Shown in pieces: positions 1-13,120 of a stretch of 64,000 nt of DNA. Within the stretch, counting starts at the first letter, position 1. Each line of letters opens with the position of its first letter. The translations under genes were made by a program, and so were the position numbers. Location of the stretch: positions 60,328,001 to 60,392,000 of the forward strand of contig NC_058368.1 in assembly GCF_018350175.1 (NCBI RefSeq). The letters run 5' to 3'. Source of the stretch: Felis catus (taxonomy: Eukaryota). Under the pieces are notes generated by a model that was not told the DNA's origin, made no database searches, and saw nothing but the letters and a program-made list of their open reading frames with translations.

Positions 1-317
1 TGACAGAACTGAGTTAGCTGAAGAAAATAGAACAGGGAATTTCTCGTCCTTAATTAATAATTCATATGGTGGCATTTGTCACTTGGTTGGAAGATAAGGC
101 TTGATGCTAAAGGTAGGTGTACATTCCCACCGTATGGAGAGAACCTCACAGGAAATGAAAGCAACACAAAGACAGAAACAAGCCGAGGTTTTGAGAGAAG
201 AAAAGAGAGGTACAGTTCCCCAATAATATGTTTGTAATGTCTGGGTGGAAACTTGCCCTAGTCTAATTCAACCTCTTTTCAAAATCACTTATATGAAACA
301 ATAAATCCCCGCTTTCT

Positions 318-546
318 TTTTTTTTTTAATTTGTTAAATGTTTATTTAGTTTTAAGAGAGAGAGAGAGAGAGAGACAGAGCATGAATGGGGGGAGGGGCA
401 GAGAGAGAGGGAGACGCAGAATCTGAAGCAGGTTCCAGTCTCTGAACTGTCAGCACAGAGCCTGATGTGGGGCTCGAACTCACGAACCATGAGATCATGA
501 TCTGAGCTGAAGTCAGAGCATAACCGACTGAGCCACCCAGACGTCC
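318..546 (-). mobile_element. CanSINE (SINEC_Fc-type, tRNA-derived)
   Basis: Reverse complement of ggacgtctgggtggctcagtcggtt...gctcagatcatgatctcatggttcgtgagttcgagcccc, followed by a (CT)n tract and A-rich tail. Confidence 0.95.
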
Positions 547-631
547 TGAAATACCATTTAATTTTAAAATTATTTGATTAAACTTTGGAATATCTGAACA
601 TGTGGAAAGAATCATTTGATGGGTTCATATA

Positions 632-837
632 TTTTTTTAATGTTTATTTATTTTTTGAGAGAAAGAATCAGAGCATGAGTGGGGGAGAGGACAGAGAGAG
701 TGGGAGTCATAGATTCCAAAGCAGGCTCCAGGCTCTGAGCTGTCAGCACAGAGCTTGACACAGGGCTAGAACTCAGGAACCACGAGATCATGACCTGAGT
801 GGAAGACGCTTAACTGACTGAGCCACCAAGGTGCCCC
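632..837 (-). mobile_element. CanSINE (SINEC_Fc-type)
   Basis: Reverse complement begins ggggcaccttggtggctcagtcagttaagcgtc; aggtcatgatctc motif; tail aaataaataaacattaaaaaaa. Confidence 0.95.
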
Positions 838-2759
838 TAAATCTCCACTTTCTACTCACCACAATTTAATTGGTGTTTCTGACAACCATACCCCCCAATA
901 TTTCTGACTCATTCTGTAGAGAGCAGGGAAGCTTTATGGCTTTGTTGTTATGTTTTTTCACAGTGGCTCCAGCCATCAGTCATGATGTGTCTAGCTTATT
1001 TTTCCAAAATGCACAAATTGATTGTGATAAATCATGTCTGATTGATTCCATATTCCCTGCACATTTTAGGATGACCTAAAGGCTCATTAAAATAATTTAG
1101 AGACTTCAAAATCACAATTTCTTCTTGATCTGTAACATTTTCAAGCTCCGGCTTCTAATCTCATTTACATCCCTTTGATCACCATCAACTTTTCCTGATC
1201 ATTTTCATTTAGAAAGCTCAGCTTACCTCCACTCATTTTATATCTCTAAATGTGCCTGTGGCCATTTTTCCCAGTACTCTGAAAAGTATGCTTTTTTCCT
1301 TAACTTTGACTCCTTTTAAATTCACATTTTGTTTGCTCTGAAGTAACATGGACAGATCTCAACTTCCCGTTTTCTAAATTGTGCAGGAGCCTTTTGTTCG
1401 AATCCGTATTACACTAAATCTCATGCTTGCCTTCTCATTTATCTCCGATTTCCTTTTAGCTCCCAATCCATTTCATGATCCAGTTTAAAATGCCTATCTC
1501 TCTGAAACATACAGAGAGATGTGCAATCTCATTTAATTTCACTCCCTATTCATCTGCCCCGTTGCACAATGTCACAACGATTGCTTATAGGAGAACATTG
1601 TCTGCCACCTCTAATGATAACTTTCAGGGTCTTCTGTTTAATCAGCAATCTGTGTCACTTAAAATTTAGTGTAAAGCAGCATTTTCTTTGTTTCTTTAAA
1701 TACTCCCTTACACCCTGTTTTATTTATAGTTTGTTTTATAAATTAAAAACTCTGAATCATTCTAGGTTCTATAATTGCACCGTTGTAATATTGACTATTT
1801 GTTAGTACACTTGAACTTTAAACGTCTCCACAATTTCGCTTTCACAATTCTCGATATTAATGACAGAGATGACTTTGGTATTAACCAAAGTATCATTTTC
1901 ACACTTTAGTCAATATTATACTTCTTAGTGTCTTTGATAGTTCTAATTACACTAATTCATAAAAAATCAGCATGTCTCTAGATTGCTATCGTTTCCATAG
2001 CTTTACAAATGTACTGCCATTTGTGTATTCATTTTCTATAAAATAGAAACTTTATTAGATTTCTCTAAAGTAAAAAGGAGAAAGTTAGGTAGTATACATG
2101 TGAAATTGTTACAAATGTAAATCCATATGCATAATTATGAATGTATTCCTGTCAACCAAACATAATTTTTCTAGTAAACATCAACCCCAAAAGAACGTAT
2201 TAGCTTCTATTACGCACAGTAACAGATTTGATGTTGAGAGGTCTTGTTCTAGAAAGTGAAATAGCACATCCTAGCCTCACCTCATGGTGAAGGGATGCGA
2301 CTAAAATAAGAAATGGGTGGGGGAAAAAGTGTGAGAAGCATTTAAAAGCCGACCTCCACTACTGCTTACCACTCAATTCTCCTCCAAAGAGTAACACAGA
2401 TTGTTCTGAAACTGATGATTCCTGGAATAACTGAACATTGGGTACCACTATAGAGTGAAAAACTTGAATGCTGAATGCTGAAACTTCTGATTCTTCTACG
2501 TCTCTGTTCTTTCAGAATATGGAAGCTATACATCACTCTCCGAACAAGAGTTGGGAACACTCTTTTACGCAAACATCGATCAGTCGAGAAGAAAGACTCA
2601 AATATGCTGGAGTGAGAAATGACCCATTAAACACTCCACTCAGATCAGCCGACAGTAAATTCCAAGCTTATCACGCTTCAACCTGTGTTCAGAATTTTAT
2701 TCCTAAATAAAAGCTGAAATTAAGAACTATTGGATATCTGAGGAAAACTTCTAACCTGA

Positions 2760-3600
2760 CAGAAAAAGAGAAAATCAACAGAAAGGAAGCCTATTGGGGG
2801 ACACAGAAATTATGCAGGAATATAAAATATGTTGTAAATATCTTCAGAAATGTAAGAAAAGAGAGTGCAACCCAGATATCATAATATAAGAAATATTTCA
2901 AGAAATAAGAAAACAAACTTTTGGGATTTAAAACACAGTAATAGAAATGAAAAAAAAGCAGCGTTAATAATAAAGTTGAAATATTAAAGAAAATTGAACA
3001 AAGAGATGAAGAATATGAGATTAAAAAATTATATTAGAGGATTCGACCAGATAATCCTGCATCCAGGTTTTAGCACCTCCATAAACGGAATACATGGAAA
3101 ATAGAATAGAGAAATTCATAAACAAATTTCCCCAAACCAAAGAATGCACACACTGTCAGATTGAAAGCTATTCCTAAGTGATAACCAAAGTTGATGAAAG
3201 TAAACCAACAGCTTTCACTGCAGAAAGCACAAGACTGTGGAATATCAGAGCACTATGCACAATGAGAAGATTTGAGAAGCTTCCTGAGAAAAATGCTAAA
3301 GGTCACATAGAAGGATCAGCTCAGAATGACTTGAGATTTCTCAATAGTAACTGGAAGCAAGAAGTCAGTGGAGCGATAGCTAAAATACTTTGATGGAAAG
3401 TGATTTCCAACTCCAAAATATTATACCCAGAAAATGATATATGAGGATAGAATAAGAATATTTTCAGACATGGAAGATCTCAGTAAATTTTTCTCCCAAG
3501 GAGCAATTTTAAATATTTTCAGAAGATGTGTTCTTCAAGTAAGACAGTAAACCAAGAAAGAATTGGCATAAGGAAAACAGATCAAGAATAACAGAAAAGT
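2760..3600 (+). mobile_element. Decayed L1-type ORF1 relic (HAL1 / ancient L1M 5' region)
   Basis: A-rich tract. Frameshifted translation gives LRMT*DFS / LEARSQWS / KILYPE / YEDRIRIFSDMEDLSKF (about 3320-3490), matching L1 ORF1p C-terminal-domain motifs. No ORF2 follows. Confidence 0.75.
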
Positions 3601-4139
3601 GGGTAAAATTCCCCAGAGGATGGTAAATTGAGAACCCAGGCTGAATTCTTTGCCCCAGATACGGAGGACAATGGAGAATTCAGACTGGACAAGTTTTGTG
3701 ACACAGAAATGGTTGGTTTGAATACTGTTGAAGATCTTCACTACTATTATATCATATCCTGAAGACCAAATATTCTGTTCAGCAAGGCCAGGATATGTTT
3801 TTGCACTTTGCTTGTGTTGACTATGCATTAATAAAGTCTCAATCTCTCTCTTTACACCTACTGCCTTACATTTCTGGAGGTCACTTATTTTATCACGCAG
3901 AAGATCACACACACACTTATTTTATCACTTATTTTATTTGCTTTTTCCTTCTCCTGAGAACTGAAGGTAAGCCATGGTGAAGTCGGAGGCAAAAATATAT
4001 AGAGAAATTCATTTTCATTGATGATGTGTTTTCAACCATGAAAAGGATGAAAAAAATGATCCGATCTGTGGTCTTTCCCAGTGTTCTGACCCTGCTAAAG
4101 CCCCATTTTTTAAACAACATATATATATTAACTCTCCTA

Positions 4140-4315
4140 AGCTCATACTTTCTCACCTCTGAAATGAGAATAATTATAACTCCTAATACATAGGGTTTTA
4201 TTTTATTAAAATAAAAAAAGACAATACAAAAATACACACAAACACACATATCTCATACTTGATACACTGGCAGTACACAATACAGTTGTTAGATGTTCTT
4301 ATTATCATTATTATC
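4140..4315 (+). mobile_element. MIR fragment
   Basis: ctcatactttctcacctctgaaatgagaataattataactcc...catagggtt resembles the MIR core; ends in attatcattatt. Confidence 0.55.
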
Positions 4316-5257
4316 CAAAACAAAAATGCATCCACATGTTTCCCTTTCAAAGCCTTATTTAAAACTACCTCTCCTCCCACCGCATTATACAAACGCTCTT
4401 CAGGATAGCATGCAGGAACCTCTGTACTGTAGACTCTACTTCTACAAGGGCATCTCCTGCAGCTTCCTGATCATATGTGACTCACAGGAAAGGCTACATT
4501 GATTTTTCTGGAATGTCATTACTTTCCCTTCCATCCCCAGAAACACCAATTGTTCCTTTGAAATTCAGGTGAGCTGCTGTCTTTTACAAAAATCCCTGTC
4601 ACATATGCACGAAAGTTGGATGAGGCGCCTCTAAGAGTTTTCCTGTGCCCTGTGCAAACTTCTAGTCCCACACTCACGGCACTGCGCTCATGGCATCCTG
4701 ATATAATTGTCATTGCCACCAAACAGAGCTCCTAAAGCCGGCAAGACCATCTTGTTCTTTGTAATTTTCACTCTATTTTCACTTTTTAGCTGATTTCAAC
4801 ATATATTTATTTGTTATCTCCTGTGTTTCAGGCTCCCTTCCAGTTATTTTTTTTAAATGTTTCATTTGTGTGAGAAATGTATCCAAGGATTTAAAAAAAA
4901 ATACAAACAGTACTTTCCAATGTCCTTTCTTTCTATTTCCCATCTAATTGGTTTCAGTTCAAATCCTCTTCCTGTATCTGGAGCTGGAGGTCAATTGATA
5001 TATTCTGTTTCTAGCCCCAAACACTGGACCATTAATCCCTTCTGCATTCCCTTGTGTATATCCAACTGTGTACAGAAAAAAATAGATGAAAACCTTTAAA
5101 TTCCAGAGTGTATCACTTGCTTTTGACTCCAACCAGCACACCTGGATTTACTAGTAGATTCTGAAGATCCTATTTTATACTCTCATCTTTTCCTTTGGCC
5201 AGTCTTTTGCTGGGAGTTACAGTCCTCCAATAAATGTGTAACAGTTCTTACATATTG

Positions 5258-5402
5258 ATAAGCATATGAATAAACTTGAGGTCTTCTTAAAATGCAGATT
5301 CTGAATTAGTAGATCCAGGAAAGGGCCTACATTCTGAATTCTAACTAACTCCAGGTGATACTCAAGCTGACAGTCTGCAGACAACACCTTAAGTAATAAG
5401 GG
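5258..5402. mobile_element. MER5A-like hAT-Charlie MITE fragment
   Basis: ttaaaatgcagattctgaattagtagatccagg...gggcctacattctgaattctaactaactccaggtgat...acaccttaagtaa. Confidence 0.7.
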
Positions 5403-5649
5403 GCTACTGGAGAGATAAGGGGTTTGAGGCACAATAGTGGTGGTGGTGATGCTGGTGGAGATGGTAACCCCAGATTTCTCCAAAGGTAAATTCTTAGCAC
5501 TGGAGCAAGAGAACTTCAGTATTCTGGTGCTACAAATGTGGGTTTCTTAGCCAATAGAGAAAACATTGAGAAAGGGATTATATGTCTCAATAGTCTTAAG
5601 CACATGGAAATGTTCTTTCATAATAAGAACTTGACTAGTATTAGCCCCT

Positions 5650-5840
5650 TGAGCGGAGCACTTGCTTTACACTTAGTGAGTCCTATGCATTGCATACATA
5701 TCAAGTACTTTATATTCATTTCTAATTTGATTCTATTAATACATTTCTTTCACAGATAAGGAAACTTACCTCAAAATCAGTAAGGTAATAAATGATGATC
5801 CTTTGGTTTGAATCTAGTAAGTCTAACCACAGTACTGATG
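5650..5840 (-). mobile_element. MIR fragment
   Basis: cacagataaggaaacttacctca...ggtttgaatctagtaagtctaac resembles the reverse MIR core. Confidence 0.5.
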
Positions 5841-6419
5841 CTGCTAAACAACTTCTACAGATTACAGAATTTAGAGTCAAAATCTGAATAGGCCTATAAG
5901 AGATGAGAACCTTCACCCAACCACAGAAGCCAAATAATTGCAACTTTGATTAATTCTAACAATTGGTTGTTAATTGATTTTAGGTTTTGCTATGTTCTTC
6001 TGTTTTTTGAAGGTCCTTACTGTTTTTAAATAGGAAGTTCAGGCTGGATATTTCAGAGATGCCAGCCATATGGCATTAAAGCAGAAGTCTTATGAATTAT
6101 TTGGAAGCTTCTTTTGATCTCGGATGTGAAAACAGCATGATCTCATTTTGTGTCAATCCTCTGGATTTATTTTAGAAGCGTAGCCTATTTAGAATAACTT
6201 TTGTTTTCTTGGTTCTTAAATGTCAGCTTTAAGAGGCCCTAAAATTTTTAATACTTGACACTTGACAAAGTAAGGGCCTCTGATTTTCACTCTGGCAAAA
6301 ATTATACAATTAAAGATGGAAATAAACATTTAATTTTTTTGTGAAACATGTTTCTTCAGAAGAAGCAAAACATTTTATTCTGCAACAATAATAATATAGA
6401 AGCCTTCACAAAGAAAGTG

Positions 6420-6750
6420 CTGTCCTATTATATCCTCAGCTGGTGAGACATTACCTCAGGTATTATGTTCTACTGGAAGCATACACTTTCAAAGGGTCAT
6501 TTGAAAACTAAAAAACCTCCAGAGAAATGTGTCAAAGATGACAAGAGGATTAGAAACCTGTCACATTAAAAGTATTTAAAAGCATACACAATCTTTCAAG
6601 TGAAGAAATAAATGAGAAGGGAAGCTGTATTCAAATTTGAAGTACTGTCTGATGTGCGGAAGAATTAATCATTTTCTGTGTGACTTCAGAATAACAGGAT
6701 AGGAAGACATGCCCCAAGGCTTCAGGGTGTCTGATTTATGACTAAGAAAG
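6420..6750 (+). mobile_element. L3/CR1 LINE 3' fragment
   Basis: ctggtgagacattacctcaggtattatgttc...cactttcaaagggtcatttgaaaacta...ccagagaaatgtgtcaaagatg...ttagaaacctgtcaca follows the L3 ORF2 end. Confidence 0.7.
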
Positions 6751-6807
6751 GCAGAGATGGGCCCCCGGAAGAAGCTGACTAAAGCATTCACGCAAAGTCA
6801 ATTTAGC

Positions 6808-7150
6808 CATTCATCGATTCTTTTCCTCCTTTTTCAGAAGCTTTCTCTGTGGCAGGCACTAGCATGAACGTGATAAGCTACCTTCATTGAGATTTTCATC
6901 CAATGCAAAAGTGAAGGTAGGGTGTAGACAAAATTGAGGAAACATGGTAATATAATAAAAAGTGAAGAGTTCCTAGGGAAGAGGTGGCCAGATGCTGGCC
7001 TTAGAAGGCCTGATTTGTGAGCGGAGAGCTAAAATATGAGAAGCTACCTGTGCAAAGCGTAAGATGAACCAAATAAATAGACTACAAAGTGAAGACCAGC
7101 TTGGAATTTCAGAGGAATTAAAAGACCAAGGATGAATTGTAATGAATGAG
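6808..7150 (-). mobile_element. L2 3' fragment
   Basis: cattcatcgattc...tctctgtggcaggcacta...gctggccttagaagg resembles the reverse L2 3' end. Confidence 0.45.
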
Positions 7151-7385
7151 AGGGAAAGAAATATGTGTTCAGTCACACAGGTGACTACCTGTCTTATACC
7201 TTTAACAGTGAGGTAAACTCTTGGAATACCCTCACTAATTCATATCCTATAAACATCCAAAACTTCAGTCTCCACATTACAATTATTTTGAGGGGTAAAT
7301 TGCAATGTTTGCATTACATAAGCAGGGTGAGTAAAATTCCATTGCCCACAACGAAGTGAAATTTAAATGAAAATTAAGATCCCCC

Positions 7386-7812
7386 AGGGCAGATTGTAGT
7401 TCCAAGATGGTGGTAACCAAATCTTCGCCCTACCTGCCTTTACAGTGTAACCTTGACATATGGGCTCTACACATCCACTATTGGAGTCTCTGTACTACAG
7501 TGTAAGTGCCATCATATGACTTTCAAAGCTAGTTCATTATGGAGGATACATCTTCAGGCTGGCCCTCTTAGTATACTTATTCTAGAAACTCAGCTACCAT
7601 GGTGTGAGGAAAACTAGGCCAGACAGAGGTACAAGAGAGAAGTCTTTGAGACAATCCAGACCTAATCACCATCTGACTGGCACCACAAGCAACACCCTAA
7701 AAACCACCCAACTGAGACCAATCTCCTTCCAGGATCATGAAAGAGAAGACAATTACCATTGTTTTAATCCACTAATTCTGTGGTGATTTTTTTTAATGTA
7801 GAAATAACAGGA
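7386..7812 (+). mobile_element. MaLR solo LTR (MLT1H/G-like)
   Basis: ggcagattgtagttccaagatgg start; tatgactttcaaagctagttcat; agctaccatggtgtgaggaaa; ttgttttaatccactaattctgtggtgatt end. Confidence 0.7.
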
Positions 7813-8982
7813 ATAGCCCACACTAATTCCCTACAAAAGTAATACTTAATGAATATTTTCTACTTTAGCCCTCTGATGTGTTTTAGGACCCAGATACTTT
7901 TTTTTCTCTGGTGGCTCGAAAGCAAAACCATTTCCAAAAATTGTTTTCTAAATTGCTTCAGAAATTTATGTAATTTCAATATTATTTTCTCTTGTCAACA
8001 GTCTTATTTTAAACTTTGCCATTATTGTTTGGGATTTCCTTTGTCCTTTGTTTGAAGCAAATTTGCAATGAATATTTGTTATACCTCTTTAGTATCACTA
8101 TGTAACTCAAGTGGATTTTCCTGTAATCACCTGCAATTGTATACTATAATCCACAGCTATTGATTACTTTATCCTGGTTTATGTACTATGCTTTTCTTTT
8201 GTATTGATTCTTGCCTTTTTACTGCTAATATGACCTGATATGATTTAGATTTCTTCATTCCTTTCTTATTCCATACTCCGAATTGCCGTGTTACATATAC
8301 TCAAGAATTTCAAATTGTAAATATGAATAAAACGAAAATGTAAATGGAATGTTTCCAACTCATTTAATATAAGTTATAAAATAGTGTTCTATATTCAAAG
8401 TATTTGAAAACTAATTTAAAAAGCAATACAAATGATTCAAAGCAAATAACAGATACTTAGTTTATGGTAAAAATAAGAGTCATCTATAGGGTGTCTGAAA
8501 TGTTTGAGGCCAGAAAGATTTAATACCCTGTGACATTTCTAAGACAATGTTGCAATTACTTAGCTATGCATTCTAAAAACTATGCAAATATAGAACATTG
8601 AGACCATATTGTGCTTTCTCTTCCTCCTGGAAGACATAATAGTTAGTCATAATGTATCTGTAACTCAAAATATATTTTCTCTCCAATAGAAGAATGTACA
8701 GAGAAAGATAGGAGACTAAAAATCACACAAGAGAATTATAATCTGCTGTTCTTTATAGACTCACCCTCAGGAAAATAGAATTTAGAATCCTGATAAGGCC
8801 ACAAGACTAGAATAAAGCCTAAACTTTAAGGATAAGTACTCCTTCTGTAACTAGAAGACTAACCTTCATATATGCCTAAAGTAAAATGGACTTAAGGTTA
8901 CAGATAATAAATACTGAAATCTAATTAGAAAAGTTCAGATAAAGAATATGAAAATATTCTGCCATATTACATTTCACTACAT

Positions 8983-9280
<298 letters not shown>

Positions 9281-9592
9281 ATTTCACATCGTCATTGTCC
9301 CCAGTATATGGCCCTTTAATCTGGGATTCTAAATTTGTTGTGAAAATATAGGGGAGTGAGTTCTATTTATAAGTTAAGAAAACTCTGTTTATCAGGCCAC
9401 AGATCTTCCTTCCATTCCCTCCCTTGCTATGACTTCACTATGGATAAAGAATATTTCCTCAGACCATTGATTCTGGGCTCTGATTGATGAGTACAACATA
9501 TACCACATCCAAGCAGAGGTTTTTATATGTGTCTGTGTGGTTTAGCATGGCCTCTTGTCTCCTGTCATTCACCTTGAAAAGACCCTACTCTT

Positions 9593-9810
9593 TTTTTTTT
9601 TTTTTTCCAACGTTTATTTATTTTTGGGATAGAGAGAGACAGAGCATGAATGGGGGAGGGGCAGAGAGAGAGGAAGACACAGAATCGGAAACAGGCTCCA
9701 GGCTCCGAGCCATCAGCCCAGAGCCTGACGCGGGGCTCGAACTCATGGACCGCGAGATCGTGACCTGGCTGAAGCCGGACGCTTAACCGACTGCGCCACC
9801 CAGGCGCCCC
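9593..9810 (-). mobile_element. Young feline CanSINE (SINEC_Fc1-like) with perfect TSD
   Basis: CpG-rich body; TSD gaaaagaccctactctt at 9576-9592 and 9811-9827. Confidence 0.97.
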
Positions 9811-9937
9811 GAAAAGACCCTACTCTTGATCACATTCTGCTCCTTTCTCGGGTCCCAGAAAGAATGACACTTGAAGTGACTAGACTCACATCTAACTGAC
9901 CCTAAGAGTTGTGAGTGAGAAATACATAGTTATTGGC

Positions 9938-9999
9938 TTTTTTTTGAGAGAGAAAGAGAAAGAGCATGAACAGGGATGGGGCAAAGGCAAAGGGAGAGA

Positions 10000-10039
<40 letters not shown>

Positions 10040-10153
10040 CGTAAGCAGGTTCCATGCTCAGTGCAGAGCCTGACCTGGGGCTCGATCCTACAATTGTGAG
10101 ATTATGACCTGAGCTGAAATCAAGAGTACAATGCTTAACTACCCAGGCACCCC
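9938..10153 (-). mobile_element. Older CanSINE
   Basis: Reverse of ggggtgcctgggtagttaagcattgtactcttgatttcagctcaggtcat; (GA)n tract. Confidence 0.9.
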
Positions 10154-10629
10154 GAAATTTGGCTTAAAAGATGTAGCATTATCATAGCAGTAGCAGACCA
10201 ACACAAACTTAAACAGTGTTCTTAAGTCAAGATTCCTAAAACTGTATAATAACGTCTTTATTATGCATTTTTCAAGAGAGTCCAATAGCATGCAATTTCA
10301 CAGAATTTTATTTCATTACAGAACTTTTGTTTCAGGAATTATCTCAACTTATTTTCAGCAGAAAGTACTATGGGAAAATGCAAAATGCATACTGAACAGT
10401 AAATAAAATACTGTGTGGAACTCAGAGTCATGGATGATAGTGTTATCAACTAAAATTTTTCCAATTGGAGATAAAGCTTCTATCTTCTCATTATAAATAC
10501 AGATGTAATAACTAGAAAAGCAGGGAAGCGCTGAATAGCTGGGAGACTGAAGGCATCCAAAAATTGTGGGGGCCACATAGTGGGTTTGTAATTTAAACTA
10601 AAGATGAATAAAGATAAAAATCTAAGTTA

Positions 10630-11215
10630 TTAAAATAACTTTATTGAGGAATAATTTCCTCACATATCATATAGTTCACATATCATATAATCCATCCCCT
10701 CTCAGCTATATGATTCAAGGATATTATAGTAAATTTACCAAGTTATACAACCAGCACCCTAAATCAGGTTTAGAATATTTTCATACCCTTGAATAAATCT
10801 ATGCATATTTACTGTTGATTTTCCTCTACCCTGTTCCAGCCAATCACTAATCTACTTTCAGTCATTAAATATTTGACTCTTCTAGACATTTAAAATAAAT
10901 AGAACAAAACAATACGTGCTTTCTTGTATATGGCTTCTTTCACTGTGCATGTTTTTGATATTCACTCATATTGTAGCATGTATCCATAGTTTGTTATTTC
11001 ATAGTTGAATATTGTTTTATGATATGGTTATAACACATTTTGTTTACCCATTCAACAATGCTGGACAGTTGGGTTATTTTCACTCACTGGCTATTATGAA
11101 TAATGCCAGTAAGAACATTTCTGTGCAAGTCTTGGTGTGGATGTATGTTTTTATTACTCCTAGGTAGATCCCTGGGAGTACAATTTCTGGAAAGAAGTAA
11201 TCTAACTTTATGGAG
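10630..11215 (-). mobile_element. L1M (L1MB-like) 3' end
   Basis: aataactttattgagg...ccaatcactaatctacttt...tggcttctttcactgtgcatg...ggctattatgaataatgcc...gtggatgtatgtttttatt is a typical reverse L1 3' end. Confidence 0.85.
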
Positions 11216-12471
11216 TTTTTGTACCTTGGAAAAGACAAACACTAGAAACAGAAAATGGTGTGATAATGACTGTGATAGCGGTATACAATACATTCAGTGG
11301 AAACAAAACTATAGGTTCAAAAAGTAATAGTTGAATTGCACACATAAGGGGAAATAAAAAATTACTAAAGAAGAGAGAGTAGACAGGGTTTCCCAAATTG
11401 GTGATGACAGGAAGAGTAAAGGCATTATTTGTGAAACAAGATGACAAATACTTCAAAAGAAGTCAGGAGATACTGAGACATGAGGAAATGGAGGTGGGCC
11501 CACTGTTCAGGGTCACACCATGAAACTGGCCCCTGAGTATTGCAATCTGACACAAGGCTGCATCTATTGCAAAGGAGCAACTTCTTTTTTTTTTTTTTAA
11601 GCACACAGATACCATTAGGTGAGCCTGCTGTCCACTTGGGGTAACTTATTAAAATTGTCTACTGAGAGCTAAGGGATATGCTTTTAAAATTTTGTAGAAA
11701 CATATTCTATGGTGTAGCTGTGTATGGAAGCACTTATATGTCATTGACTGAAAGGTCTTTCACTATTTAGAGCTTTCCACATTTATTCATGTCTAGTAAT
11801 ACATAGAAAATGAGCAGGTTCACATGATGAAATAAGGTAAGCATGTCGCTTCTGGCTGGAGGCACTACAGAAGTCATGGTCCTCTTGTTGTGGCCTTGAG
11901 AGGGGAGGACATCAATATCTAACCACATCTGTAACCCCTTCGTGAAGCATGGGGACACGAGGAAGAGGGATCTTTATCAGTAGGTTTTAAAAAGCATATC
12001 TTAGCTATTGAGCAGCACAATAGGTTGAGGCAGCCTGGCCAAAGGTGAGAAAACAAGTTTGAAGTTGTCAGAACATGAGAAAAGAGGTCGAATCAAGAGA
12101 TTGAATCTCTAATCCAGGAAAGACATGCTGAGGGTCTATGCTTTTATTTAAGAACCATTTAGGAGACAAAATTGGCATGGATACTGAAGAAAGAAAGAAT
12201 CTAATCTAGAATGACTCCTAGTTTGTTTATTCGGTAGCTGAGTTTAGGAGGGGTAGCTTCAGTAAGATACAAACCAGAGAAGAAAACTGACATGTGATAG
12301 GATATTTTGGATGATAAATGTTACAACCCATAGGAAAGAATAATTCTGCATGTCATGACCTAATCTGAAGTATTAATAATTTCATATGCAATTGCAATTG
12401 AGGAATTTTAAAACATCAGAATCTGATTCATGGACTGGCATTAGCAAGAGGGCCAAATATGAGTTTTCTAC

Positions 12472-12490
12472 CATCATCATCATCATCATC
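12472..12490 (+). repeat. (CAT)6 short microsatellite
   Basis: catcatcatcatcatcatc. Confidence 0.9.
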
Positions 12491-12499
12491 TACCATCCT

Positions 12500-13120
12500 A
12501 CCATCGATAGAATACTGACTCTGACAACCACGCATGGACAAGAATACCTTTGTGAGAATCTGTGAGTCCAGTGAAGAAGTTCTGGGTCACCACCACTAGG
12601 CTATAAAACCTGAGAATAGATGCATTAAAGAGCATTAAAAGCACAGTTTCACTTTATCTACTTTACACTAACAATAGCAGCACAGCTTAAGTCCAAGAGA
12701 CACTCCCTAAGGCCAGAATTTTTGCCACGGGGAAAGTAAACGTAAGGAGTGCCTGACTTCCCCAGCTGTATGGGACATTGCCCAGAAGACCTACTTTTTT
12801 GGTGCCCCACAAGAATATTAATGTGATGGGCATGGGCTGAGAGTTTGGCAAAAGCTGGAAGCACAGTAGCCAGGACTCAGAATTCATTAAAGGGCCGTGG
12901 ATCTTACTAACCGCTGTGCAAACTCCATCAGGAGGCCTGCCCATAACAGCTTGGAACACTTTGCCTGCAGATCTCCCCCAAATGACCATGAGCACCCCCT
13001 TGCCCATCTCCCCAACAGCTGGTCTCCTGCACTGGCTCCCGTAGACAGTGAGAGCAAGTCTTTACAGATAGCTCCTAAGCATTCACAGAAATCCAATCCA
13101 ACTCTGCAGGATTAGAGGAA
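12500..13120 (+). mobile_element. Ancient L1M 5'UTR remnant
   Basis: Locally higher GC; cacagtttcacttta...gcacagcttaagtccaagaga...ccacggggaaag...cctgacttcccagc resembles L1M2/L1M3 5'-end sequence (recalled). Confidence 0.5.

Larger units (their letters stand above)
110..915 (+). mobile_element. MaLR LTR fragment (MLT1K-like) 3' half, interrupted at 318-837 by a two-SINE block
   Basis: ggagagaacc...gaaatgaaagcaacacaaagacagaaacaagccgag...aataaatcccc resembles the MLT1K 3' region. The LTR-like end (ttaattggtgtttctgacaacc...tctgactcattc) resumes after 838. Confidence 0.6.
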
